A DNA stretch of 64,000 nucleotides from Bugula neritina (Eukaryota; Animalia; Bryozoa): positions 7,574,698-7,638,697 of the forward strand of contig OZ037765.1 of the NCBI GenBank assembly GCA_964035545.1. Direction: 5' to 3'. The notes under the pieces were generated by a model. It did no database searches, was not told the DNA's origin, and was given only the letters and a program-made list of their open reading frames with translations. The position numbers were made by a program, and so were the translations under genes. Below are positions 26,601 to 38,590 of this stretch, piece by piece (the first letter of the stretch is position 1; every line of letters begins with the position of its first letter).

Positions 26601-29212
26601 TCCTTCCTTCCTTCCTTGTTTTGGAATTGTCATATCATGTTTAGTATACGTTTACAGTATCTTTTCCTATCACTCTGAAGAATATACTACTATATTTAAT
26701 TCTATTCATTTTATAATTTTATACAACCACTGGAATTAATTACTAATGTGTCATGAAATATCTTAATAAGTCGTAGAAATATTAGTATTACAAATTTACA
26801 TATGTACAGCTTTATGCTAACAAAACTACTTATTAGTACTATCTGTGGTTCAACAAGCTAGAAAAAGTAACACCCTGCTTTTATTTAGGTGTAGTAGGGA
26901 GGAAATGTGAATAACCTAAGTTCTTTAATTTTCCTATTAAATTTTGGTTTGAGGTGGGTTGAAATTCTCACAAGAGCATGACTTCTTTTGCTACATTTCT
27001 AATCTAGAACACAGGCTTTTCTCAATTTCTCAGTTACTGCACTTACCTTCCTGCTTTGTTGTTTGTGAGCAAAACATATATATTCATACCAAGTAAAAAA
27101 TTCATTCAATATAGTTTTCATTTACATTTATTTAAGTGTTTTTCGTTAGGTTATTCACTAGTTAAACTACAAGACATTCATCAGCAGATAACATATATAA
27201 GAGATGAGCAGCTTGTAACATAATCCAACTAAACAGCAGTGACTAACTTCGTGTCAACATATTTAGTTCACAGCTGGCTGGTTTGAATAGAATTGAGTTC
27301 GAGTAATACAATCCAAGTGTGGGTCAGGGGGTGCTATGTACAATGTATGGCATTAAGACGTTGTAGCTCATTTATTTTGTAATATTGAAACTATATTTAC
27401 TACAATCATGCTATAAATATGATTGCAATGTAATACATAGTAGCAAAACAAACAGTGAATTTCATGATATCAGGGCTAAATTTAATGGGTAATTAGAGAT
27501 AAAGCCAGTTCATTAGTTTTGTATTCAATTTAAATAGTTGAGAAAGCAAGTCTCAGTAAAGAATAAAGCCCTTGCAGTGTACAAAAAGTTTTGATAGCAA
27601 ATTTAAATTATGTCGTTGGCAGGTTAAATCGTGTAGCTTCTATTCATGGGCTAGAAAAGTAAATTTGAAGTACAATAGTATAAACCAGCAATGTTTTTCT
27701 AACACACATGCAATGAAACCCCAGTGGCTGTCATAATATTGTGAATGCAAGCTTCAAATACTGGATGATAAGGCTTAAAGTATTTAAACAAAACTTGGTA
27801 ATTAACAAAACAAAACCTCAGTGAATAATAGTCTCTACAGCAAACAACCTTGTTGATAGTTTCTCTTGAAAGTTAATTTTAATAATAGTTGAGATTATAA
27901 AACTTAGGAAAGCTCACTGAAAGCTTACAGCTCTAAGAGTCTCTAATGTATTCATCAGCAAAACTCTTTGTTGATAAAGGAAACCAGATTAATTGATACT
28001 TTTCTAATTATAGAAACTGAAAGTTTTTTTGCATTTTAATTGTATCCGTGGCAACCAAATCATCTTGACACTAATGGCTATTCTTCTACATCAATCTTAT
28101 TGTACATGCTGAAGTCTGCTTTCCTTGGCTGTACTTTTATTCAACTGGTTCACCTAGAATTCCACAGCTAATTACTACGATTATTGCCCCTGTCACTTAA
28201 CTGTTGAGTTTGTATTCTCACCATCTTATAATGATGTGCACTTTGGAAATGATGGGCACTAATATGAGCTTACATTAATCATTGAGATTGCCTTTAATTT
28301 ATTGTAATTTCAATCAACTCTGCTTTGTGGCTGACTTGGTAAATTATAATATGATTAAAATGATGTGTTGAAAAGTGGATATTCTTCAAAGTTGACTGGC
28401 TATTTATGTTTTCATCCTTATTTTTTGACTTGGAAAAACTATATGCACTGATTGTGGAGAGACTTCCCTGCTGGATGTTGCTGTCCAGCTACAATACCAA
28501 AATTAGCAGCAGTCTTTTTCTCAAGTTTTGGTTTTAGTATTTTGCTGCTTGGTAAATATTATGTCAATGTAACATACACTTATTTTTGTAAACACAATAC
28601 CGGGACAAATATGAGTGATTATTTAGACCTTGTTTGTCTAAGTCTTTAGTTACCTCAAATCCATTCACAGTGCAGCTACTGATGATAATTCTTAGCACAC
28701 ACACCTGTCGACTCCTTAACAGCCAAGAAATTGACAGTTTTAGCTTTAATAAATTGTATTTTTCTACTTGATATGCCATTAAAAGTATATTCAAACAATT
28801 GTAATCATTTTTATTCATAGTAAAAATACTATTTTTTGTATACTTGTAATTGATATTTTTAAATATTGCAAGTTTCACTGGTATCAATACCTTCATTGGT
28901 GTGTAAGATCCTGCAATTCCTTCTGTCACACTCCATTTCCTCCCATCAAGTGTTTGGCTAGCAAACCTTTTATTACAAATTTGAGTCAAATAAACCACAA
29001 TTATTTTCGTGGCAGACTTTTATTTTGTAAGTTTTATTAGTGTTGATGTAAATAATGTTTTAAAAAGCTGCTATAATGGTTAAGATCATGTTAATTACTC
29101 TTATCTTTTGTAGACCAGCGACAGAACACAAATTGAATTTGATCACGAAGAATTGTATCAATTTTTCAATCATCTAGACACAATACAAAGTCAATTAGAT
29201 GGTCTGACATAG
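17672..29212 (+). CDS. COMMD10: COMM domain-containing protein 10, 6 exons, 197 aa
   Basis: Exons 17672-17697, 18721-18811, 20286-20396, 21025-21180, 23737-23847, 29114-29212, 594 nt, phases consistent. Translation MAMFTETASLKGAVALIQTI...DEAAFSEEELNKLCSSF...AAYHNSKP...LETVNWQLSLQIAQKSKTKQKTPRAVFELG...IEFDHEELYQFFNHLDTIQSQLDGLT* matches the recalled COMMD10 pattern (FSEEE, AVYHNVKP, LETVGWQLNLQ, EFSHKEL..F..KLETIQAQLDSLT). Confidence 0.95.
17850..18270. repeat. Low-complexity (ATN)n / (ATGATT)-like repeat in COMMD10 intron 1
   Basis: Long aat/gat/cat/tat triplet array. It explains the Asn/Ile ORF at 17936-18127. Confidence 0.8.
19214..19586. mobile_element. PIF/Harbinger-type MITE (373 bp)
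   Basis: About 35-bp imperfect TIRs: aggtctggcctcacgctcatgagaatcacacgaaa and tttcgtgtgattttcacaagtgtgaggccaggcct. Flanked by TTA on both sides (19211-19213 and 19587-19589), the 3-bp TSD typical of Harbinger. Confidence 0.85.
19722..20130. mobile_element. Probable decayed non-autonomous DNA transposon (GC/CpG-richer island with internal inverted repeats)
   Basis: gaaaacccgttt and agacgggttttc are inverted relative to each other, as are ggccacaca and tgtgtggca. Termini and TSD were not resolved. Confidence 0.35.
23880..24700. repeat. Compound pentanucleotide microsatellite (TATAC/TATGC/TAGCA) interrupted by a MITE
   Basis: Arrays at about 23880-24210 and 24460-24700, including a roughly 31-bp unit (tagcatacactatagtctatactatatag..) repeated three times at about 23920-24010. 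It explains the Tyr-rich ORFs at 24349 and 24642. Confidence 0.9.
24229..24459. mobile_element. hAT-family MITE (231 bp)
   Basis: TIRs caggggtgggtaact and agttgcccacccctg (14/15 match). 8-bp TSD tactttac / tactatac (7/8 match). CAGGGG termini are typical of hAT/Charlie elements. Confidence 0.9.
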
Positions 29213-30860
29213 TTATCGTCACCCTGGAGCCATGGTGTGACTGATATTCTGTATTATTAATAAACTGACTACCAGAAGAGTTCTGAAGACAGTTTCATGT
29301 AATAAAATACATCTAGTAGCCTGCCTGGGTTTGTAACTGAGGAGTTACTGTTACTAGAACCAGGTCGCTATCTGATACTCTGTTATATATATATACAACA
29401 ACCAGATTCACTTTATACTTGTACTCAATTTACTATAAGTTGCATCTGTTATAAATTAAAAATAAATATTATTATACATTGCCTATCCCTTGTTGTCTTT
29501 CACAAATGAAAGTTTACATTTAAAGAACTGAGTTATAGCTTTCCTAAGTTGAAGCATTTTTGTAGTCTGAAATTTTATTGCATCATAAAGAGTGACCCAC
29601 TTTCAATTAGTAGCAACTATGCTTATGTTGGTTTTGCTAGCTCAGAAGTCTAAAACCTGGTTTTGAATACACATTTTTCAGTTGATTTTGCCCTCTTCAA
29701 GCATTGAAGTACCCATTTAGGTGAAAAGGGGCTTTTTAATTACTTAATCTCTATCACTGGTTGACTTTGGAGATTTCATTTTTTTGTAAAGGACCGAGTT
29801 ACAGATTTTATTCCCATCTGGATTACCTCAACACCGGCATGCCAAGCTAGTTAGTACTACTAATGAGATATTGTATGTTATCTCTAACAAAATGTCACTT
29901 TACCACAAGTCGTGATTAATTAGTCTATTTTGAGAAAAATCTAAATGAAAATCTGTCATCCTTTTCCATTATTTAGATTTGTTCTGGTTATGTGTTTATA
30001 AATGCACGTTATGAATTCACAACGAATGATGGTTTTAGTGATATAATCTAGGATTAATTGGAAGGATATGAAAGTATAAGACTACTATATATTCTAGTTC
30101 ATTGAGATATATATCTGCATCAGCTGATGACACAGGTGTCAAAGTGCCTGTCAGCTGATGTCAATTTCGAGGCCTTTTTAAAATGTTTATTTTATTACAC
30201 TGAGTTGTGAAGTGCCCTATAGTGAAACGCATTAGCTTTATTAAAAACAATGACCAATGAAATACATATTAGTTTTCGAATATTACAAATGAAAAAATAT
30301 AAAAGTTATAAAAAAGGTTTTAATTTTGTCAAATAGTGATGGTGTTTCAAAAATGGTAAAAATAGTATTTCAAAAGAAAATAATGTTAATATTCAAATTT
30401 TACCATGAAATTGTTCAGCTTGACTTGATTGTATTCAATACAAAATAACAGAGAGTTTCTAAGTTGAATCACTTCAAACCAGTCGAATTTTTGAATGAAA
30501 CTCAATTCAATAAAGTATATTATAAACATACCTTTCATAAAATTAATTTACATTTGAAAAAATAAACTATACAAATTCTAAAGAATTCATTTTAGATCTT
30601 ATATACATATTATTTACAAGAACTTTGTTAAAAGATATAATAACAATAAACATATTGTATAAAGAATTAGGAATTTATAACTGAATAAGTAGCTTGGTGT
30701 AGGTTAGTAATTCAGTAGAACGTAGATAGACATACACATGTTTATACAGTAGAGACCATGAGATGGCTTGAGCAATAAGAAAGTTTATTTAAACCCCCTA
30801 ACCAATAACTTATAGTTCGTAAGACATTTGGCCCTAGTGTGGAATGGATCAAACAGAAGC

Positions 30861-33800
30861 TCACACATACACTTGCTTCTGTTTATTCATATTTCTGTCC
30901 CCTGCATCGCCATTGGGCAACTTTCCATTCAGATTATTCATCAGTTGAAGGTTGGATTGCTTAGGAAGGATCTGGTAGGCATCACAATTTAATGGATCTT
31001 CTTTAGACTTAGTTAACTCTTGATCCAAATGCTGTGTTGAACTGGAGAATTTCTTCTTACTGAACATGTAACCAGCAGCAAAAGACAAGACAGCAACCAG
31101 TATTGGCAAGATCACCACCAGAGCAATGAGCACGGAGCTGCTGGTTGGATTCATTGGGTTTGGGCCCATGTCTTCTGTCATACTTTGCCCCGAGTTGGCT
31201 GAAAAATAGAATAGAACTTGATGACTAATACTTTCACAGTATAAAAGCTACATTATTTGCAACTATGTATATATACAGCAATAGAATACTCCAGGTACAG
31301 TCGAGCTGTTTGTGAACACCACTACTTAGTACTTATACTTGTACATGTCTTGTGTAAGTTCTGAAGCAGCTACAGAATAACAAACTTACCGATTACTACA
31401 TTCCCTTCTGGAAGCTTGGTTGTTAGTTCAATTACAGCGGGCTCTTCAGCTGTAACAATATAGTAAATGAATTAAGTTGATGCATTAAAACCTGTTTGAT
31501 GTCCATTAAACTTTGACTATAATTTGAATTTGAGTCTTTGCTGACCTGAGGACTTGAAACTCTTTAATTTGAGTTGACTTGACTTGAAATTACTTGACTT
31601 GACTTGGTATTGCGGCCTATCTTAAATTTACTTTCAATAGTTTATTTTGAGTTTGTCGAAAAGTTCAAAGTCATCACCTGTTGACACTCCCTTTTATTGA
31701 TTTTGTTTTAATTTTACTTGCATTTTATTTCCTAGGAATTAATCTTAAAAAACTTGCTGTTGCCAGAGTTCAAACCAAACAAGGCTGGTGTGCTGCTCAA
31801 AGGGTCAAGGGCATTCTACACCAGGGCTGAGACTCTACTAAGCAGCCAGTAGGAGACTTTACAACATATAACCAGTACACTAACAAAACTAATCTTATTA
31901 TTACAATAAATTTCTCCATGATGAAACCATAACAATAGACATGCCCATCCTATATGCATTACAGTGCAGGGAGCATCAAAGATGCATTATATGTGGGCAT
32001 TGAAGTTGATAATTGACCAGTAGAGACATTGCTTTACTCAGAATTGAGAGTTACATAGTATTCAAAATGGAAAGTTATTGACTTGACTTGTACCCAGGTT
32101 TCTTAACTGGACCCAAAACCAACTTTCATGAAAGACAGTTTTACAACAAGTTTGAGAGTCAAATGTAACAAACTATTGTAGTACGAGTTAGGGTTGAAGT
32201 GTCCAGTTACATTTGTCTTTCTCCAACATAAATATTATGCTTTCCATACACACTGGCAGTTATAATCTATACAAAACCCAAACATGCTAAGCCCTCACTC
32301 AATAAGTTTTTCAGTTCACATTGTTATGTTGTAAAGACACAGCAAAACCCAAACAAAAATAAGCAGAACCCTTCATCAAAGCCACTGACCAGCTAAATAC
32401 GTTCTCTTTGGGTAGGTTTCTAGGACAGCTATAAACATACAAGATTACAGTTGATCAACTTTAAAAATTAATCAACCAACTAGTGCCTTTAGCCCTGTGT
32501 CCTGAAGCATATGAAGTGAAATCAAGATAAGACTCCAATGGTGCCATAACCGCTAGTGTTGGTATGATAAAAACTGGAATAAGTACACAGAACTAACTAT
32601 TGTTGAATGATAAAGAGATAAGTTCCAACCACTACTTACTTATATTATCCTCTACACATACAGGGCTGTGACCACTTGATATATTCTGATATCTAAAATA
32701 GATGTTACAAAATTAAGATACATTCAAACTTCAAATTCTCTTATGAATGTCATCCAAGATAAGTGACTGATATACATTGACTTGTCAACCAAAATAGTTT
32801 AATATTCAGTATAAACAAGACAGCCAATGTTTGAGGTGAGACAATGTGGCTAATTAACTTACTTGTCCTGAACTTCGTGAGTTGTTGAGACACACTTGGC
32901 TATGGATGGACTCCACGAGCAGTATGGATCCTGCAGAGCCACACAGTCTGTACACGTTGAATGGAAGTGGCACTTCTCCAGTGCTACACGTTTGATCTCC
33001 TCCAGTGTGTTGACTAACAAGTGCTTCTTGCCTTCTACATCCACAATTAGCTTCATTTCTACTATAGCCTTGTCTGGGAAGATGATTCTCTCCTCAACTA
33101 TATGGTACTTTTCTGCCATCTCATTCAGCTTCTTAAACTTAACCAATTTAAGGAGCCGGCCATCGTCTGAAATGATGATCAATTATACTTATTACAGCAT
33201 TTACATAATTATGGCAATCTTAATTACATTTTATCATCAAATATAATAAATCTTCATAAAATAGGTTTATTATAATTATGAGTAGCTTGTGATGGTTAAA
33301 TAATTTGCCTGCTCAACCAGACTTACCAGTAGAGATGAAAATCACATCATATTTTTTGCCATCATGGCTCTCCACCTGCCATTCTACTACCATCTGTGTC
33401 ATTCTATAACTACAAATCACAGAGGAAATTGTAAAATCTAGTAGATTGCCAGAATTGCATTCAGCAGTAGCTGATCAATGAATTTCACATAAATTAATGC
33501 AACAAAAATTCAGAGAGCCATCAATCAATTATTTTACAGTATTTCAAGTATGTTTTGTACATTTATTGTTTACCATATGCTAGTAGAAATGGCAGTTGAA
33601 AGCAACTTACTCAGTAGAAGCTAAGAAAAGGGAATGATTGTTGATAGGGTAGATATGATTGGCTAACAGATAGTTGTTCATGTTAGCTCGGCTTTCACTG
33701 GTTTGATTTCTGCTGTCCTCGTAACACTGAATAAAACACAATAGTTTTGTCACATGTCAGCTAAAACTGAATCATCAGCTTCAGTTAGAGATGAGTAAAT

Positions 33801-36800
33801 CCAGATGTTGAAACACATCAAATAGAGAAAGATAATTTAATGAATGCCCTTTATCATCTTCAGCTGACATCCATAAAATTTATTAACAGTAGAGGCACAA
33901 AAAATTCAAATAACTAACAGCTGCAGGGTTGATTGAGGCCAAGGATTTTATTTCTTAAACCTGATTGCTGAATACTATTTGCTCAGGTGATACGTATGAC
34001 TATTATCATTAGCAGTGACTGAATAACTAAGTACACAATACTAGTTAATATAAATCTAATCAACCACTATGACTGCCTTTAAATAGCAAACCAGTTGTAA
34101 TACAGGAGCACAAAGAACACTTATAAAATATTGAAAGTAAAAGTTATTTAAAACAAAAGTAAACAGGTTAATGTGCTTGCTTAACTATTTGATAGAATTC
34201 ACACAAATTTATTGTTTGTTGTACTGATTTCTTGGATGCAAGCCATTCATTACATTATTAAATTCTCACACTAGAATCCTTGGTAATCTGAAACTAAGAA
34301 ATTATAAGTAAAAGTATCTTAAAGTTTACCGTTGCAGCTGGGGGAGTAATGCTCTTGACTTGGGGTACTTGATTTGTGCTGAATTTGATCTGATCACTGG
34401 TGTCGAATATTCTGTCTATGTCGGCAATTCTGTAGGCACAGATGGCTGATGCTCTACAACCAAACACTATTAGCTAGAGCCAGGGATGTGCAATGTTTGT
34501 TGGTAGTTTAATTAATAAAGTATAAAGCAAACACAGTTTAGATTTCGGTATCACTAGATAGTCAACATTAGAAAAACTAGCCCCTAGCCATCTTTGAAAC
34601 TGCAAGTTAATGGTCAGTCCTACACAAAGAAATTTGATAGCCCTAATCTACTACCTGCCAAAAAACTGTGTGCCTGCTGTGTGTGATTTATTTAGGCAAG
34701 GAAACAGCTTTGATATTTTACTGTAAACATGGTGGGCTGTAGTGTAGATTAAAACACACTGTAGATATAGTTAACTGCTTACTTCGGCGAGTTGAAGACA
34801 GCCATGATTATCTTTTCGCCATCAGCACCAGTTACGGATGACAAGTGAGGGGCAGACGTATCGGCTAAATAATAAAAGCAGCCATGTTTATCAAATCAGA
34901 AAATCAACATTATACTTTTATATAGAGATCTTATCAGAGAGACTTACAATACCACCAAATCACTTGGTGACTCCAGCATAAGACTAATTACAAATTAATG
35001 CTAGAATATATTTCAGCTTTGAAGTCGATAATTCACACTATCAGCCTAACCTAACAAGTTTAGGTTTGTAAAGAAAATGTATAAAAAAGTGATTGACAAA
35101 CCTATTTCATTGATATAGACTCCGTAGTAACCAGAGAATTGTTGTGAAAGATATCCGGAAGAAGGTTTTTGCAGCAGAACGCCAGCGTCACCGCACATGA
35201 GTCTGGTTTTAAACAGAGTCGCAAAGAGATATTCAGCAAGTGGGTTTTCATCATCTTTTCCTCGACCCCGATCATTTTTACACACTCGGGCTATTCTCGA
35301 GTAAGCAGTTGGCTCAGAACTTAAGCTAGAGAGAGTCTCAATTGCTGGCTCACTGTAAGTCAGATATACGTAGTCTTCCGTCTCGAAAATGCTGGTAAAT
35401 TCTGTAGCTCTTTCACTGTAGTAATCTACAAGCAACACATATACATGGAACTAGTGGAGAATATAGAGAGCAAACCAGACTTGGTAAAATGAAAGGCCAC
35501 TTTCAAAAAGCAGACATCTTTATTCAGAGTAAATTAGGTGTAATGGTATTTTTATGTGTGTATATCAAGAAAAAAGTTTCAACTTACCTATTTTGAATAA
35601 CTGGTCATTAAAATCTGTTTTCAGGCCAGGCACAACTGCATTAGTGGCAGTGCTGATTGAATTACCCCTGAAAAAGCTCGGCTGCCAAATAGAGGCAGAT
35701 TTGAGTATATGGCTGGCCACGTACACAGTATTTGTGTCTTTTGTAGTCATAACAATCATCTCATTCCAAGGCAGAAGTGGGGAGAGGGATTGAACCAATT
35801 CATTATTCACTTTAGTGTTTGTCAGATTCCATTTTCCCTGCAAGACATAAGAGTCATTAGTGAGTGTCAAATTAACTGACACGCAATTGAGAAACCACCA
35901 GAGTTGCTATAATTTGCTAGAACTAGTAGGGGTGCTTACATCAACCACCCGATATTCTCTGCACTGAGGCTTCTTAGAGCTGCTGGCACAGACGTGGAAC
36001 AAAGAGTCACTTCGTTTGATGACAGATCTTATGTAACTGTTGCAGTCCTGAGCAAACTTTTCAATTTCTCCTTGACAGTATAAAATCTCCTCAGAAAATG
36101 GTGACCATCTTTGTTCACTGTTGACTGTCATGGTTTCCGTGCTTACATTGTACAAATTGCTTCTGAAAAGACCACCACAGGGTAAACATACCTCTATATA
36201 ACTAAATGGTGTGAGATTTCAAAAGGTGTTAAATCCTATCTTCAAAGAGATTTAGCATAACATCAAGGCTTCATCAAGTAACATTACTTCAAAGGGTAAG
36301 CTAGACTGAATCTTTGATACTGCCTTTCAGTGACAATAGCTACTTCAGTGTAACCTAAGGTCTAAACCACACGGTTCATTGTGTAGAATGCCCCAGGCAT
36401 AGACCTAGTCAGGTTAGTACAGCTCAAGCTGTCTACAGATCAGATTTTTGTAAGCTATTTATGTCAAGGACAAAACCATTACCATTTTCATTACCAACCA
36501 TTACCATTAGAACCATTTTATATAATTTACTGTCTAAGCTCACAAGTTGAAAGAATATGTTGAGGCCATCTTCTCAGAGTATAAAAGTAAAGTGAGATTT
36601 GCACTTACTTGGAGCCAACAAGAAAGTAGCTTTCTTCCACATGCAATATCCGTAAATATATGTTATCAGTTGGAGATTGACTGGTCTTGAATACCTTTGC
36701 ATTTGTATCTACAGCACAGAAAACAATAAATATAACTATTTTAATCAACTTTGGCCCTATTCAATGATATTACATGAAAATATGCACAGTATGTATACAA

Positions 36801-37923
36801 GGAGATATGACTTCACACAGTCATTGCTATACACAACATACTCAATTTTTTGGTAATAGTGATTTTACTTGTAACAATCAAAACCCAGTACAGGTGCAGG
36901 TCAAGCATTCATGGCCTTGCTGTTGTAGCATACACTCCAAGTCAAACTAATGAATGAAAACAAGATATGAATTGCCGGTTCAAGTTGACATAAGTGGTAG
37001 GGTGTCATAAAGGTTTTTGGTCTACTTCTATGCCATGTGGCTGTCACTAGTTGGCATGCTATTTGGGTATCACTACTAGTATAATAATATCCATCAACTA
37101 CTAGTACCTAGTGGCTAGTACTAGTACTTAGTATACCAGTGATGAATGAAAGTGGTACGATCACCTTATACACGTGAGGGTAACCTAAATGACTGCTATC
37201 AAATATTAGCATTGTGATGTGACGTAATGCAATTATTATTATGTCCAGCAGAGCACACATGTTCACGTTCACATATTGATATAGTAACCCAAATACACAC
37301 CATTCTGATCTCAAACTAGGCCAATTCACACCTTAACCTGTGGTTGTACTACATTCACTGTAGAATCAGCACTTCTATTTTTATATATTATAAGTATATA
37401 TTATAGGGGTATATAAATACTATGGTAGACCCAAATGTTTCTATGAGTTAAATAATATTATATAATATTAAAATTAATAAGTACTATAGCCCAAGGCTAC
37501 TGTCCTTCTGACCCTATTCAGTTAGTGAGATTCAATGTAGCCAAGAGCGAAAATGTGTGCATGCTACCAGGTACTGTTAGTATAACTATAACTATGAGCA
37601 CACACAGTGAGCTTGATGAAACTAAATTCCTAGTGAAAAGATAGGCATGAACCAGCTCAAAAAACGCTGTTAAATACTCTAATACTCTAAGTCGAAATTA
37701 CATACGGCACTTGACAGTAACTATAAAACACAGCCGTTGGTGTTAGCGTGAATGAAAATGCAGACTGTTAATACTTGCAGACTATGAGTATTAGATTTTT
37801 ATAGCCTAAACTCTTACCATGTGGTCCTCCAAAGGTCGTACCAATAAGTAATAAAGTTGAGCACCAAAGTAAAAATCGGAAAATGTTGGATATCCTTACT
37901 AACATCATAGCTGCCATGGTCAT
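30861..37923 (-). CDS. Transmembrane semaphorin (class 1/6-like: signal peptide, Sema, PSI, TM, cytoplasmic tail), 13 exons, 720 aa
   Basis: Exons on the minus strand: 37923-37818, 36708-36609, 36162-35940, 35837-35588, 35425-35102, 34864-34783, 34453-34330, 33726-33611, 33409-33327, 33166-32863, 32692-32640, 31449-31390, 31198-30861. Total 2163 nt, phases consistent. Sema motifs: DCNSYIR, YSRIARVCKNDRG, FKTRLMC, AVFNSP..SAICAY, YDVIFISTDDGRLLK. PSI: CTDCVALQDPYCSW. TM: VLIALVVILPILVAVLSFAAGYMF. No Ig or TSP1 domain. Confidence 0.93.
31500..32160. mobile_element. Probable decayed DNA-transposon fragment with (GACTT)n subterminal-type repeats
   Basis: Clusters of gacttgactt at about 31575-31605 and 32080-32090. 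Reverse-complement caagtc clusters occur at about 20500-20545. Boundaries are uncertain. Confidence 0.3.
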
Positions 37924-38394
37924 TTGTGATAAATTAAAAGCTTAAATGTTCAAAAATCACTAGAAATCAAAAACTATAACTATTCAAATCAAGTTCGACC
38001 ATTTATTTGATTCTTTTTATACTTGTAGTTTCTTATAGAAATACTTCAAGTTTATAATCTCCTGTCCAGTTTTAAAGGTTGCAACAGCATTGCCGTGTTT
38101 TCTACTCTTCAATGTAGCTGGTATCAAAAGCAGTGGTAAGATATGTAATATCCAGTCAGGTAATAAATATTAGCTTGTCTAAGCACTAAATTTAAAAGGT
38201 ATAAACATTCAATCTCTCTTCAGGTTTAATCCTCTTTTAATCTCGTCTTTAGCTTTCCGAGTCGTTGCTGACACGCAATGCTAAGGCAGTACTAGTTCAG
38301 TAAAGGCGTGTCAAGACCTTGAATAACCTAGTTGTAAACCTAGCTCGCGAAAAGTCTTTAGTCTAAATAAAGTTTCAGAGTTAGCTGTAGAAAA

Positions 38395-38590
38395 GCTAGC
38401 CAATGCAAACAAGATTGTAACAATGCAGCTGGTGGCACTACTTCAGCTACACTAAGCTAACGACAGAGCTACAGCAATGGCTATGAGCTATTGACCAATC
38501 ACCTAATGGCGCTATTCGCGCGCTCTGTAGCGTATCGGTGGTAGGGATGTCTAAGCTACGCTAACTACAAGTTAAATTATTGGCCAATGG
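38395..38590 (-). promoter_or_regulatory. Candidate proximal semaphorin promoter
   Basis: Three CCAAT motifs (38400, 38495, 38584) about 90 bp apart and a local CpG-rich patch (ttcgcgcgc), about 0.5 kb upstream of the ATG at 37923. Confidence 0.45.

Noticed and set aside
27500-28998. Possible decayed transposase in COMMD10 intron 5, including the 144-aa ORF at 28564-28998
   Set aside because: No recognisable catalytic motif, TIR or TSD. The resemblance was too weak to call without a translated search against a TE library.
30115-30245. Hammerhead-ribozyme-like text (CTGATGA...aaa...gtc; gaaacgcatt), with a similar TTGATGA...GAAA at about 37610-37660
   Set aside because: The catalytic core is incomplete (no GAAA after stem II, or no UH cleavage site with correct stem I pairing). 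At most these are decayed Penelope-like relics; an Infernal search would decide.
32401-32428. Possible extra semaphorin microexon (VLETYPKR)
   Set aside because: It is 28 nt, ends in phase 2 and would break the frame with the next phase-1 exon. The model works without it.
32896-35793. Plus-strand ORFs at 32896 and 35554
   Set aside because: They are antisense to semaphorin exons.
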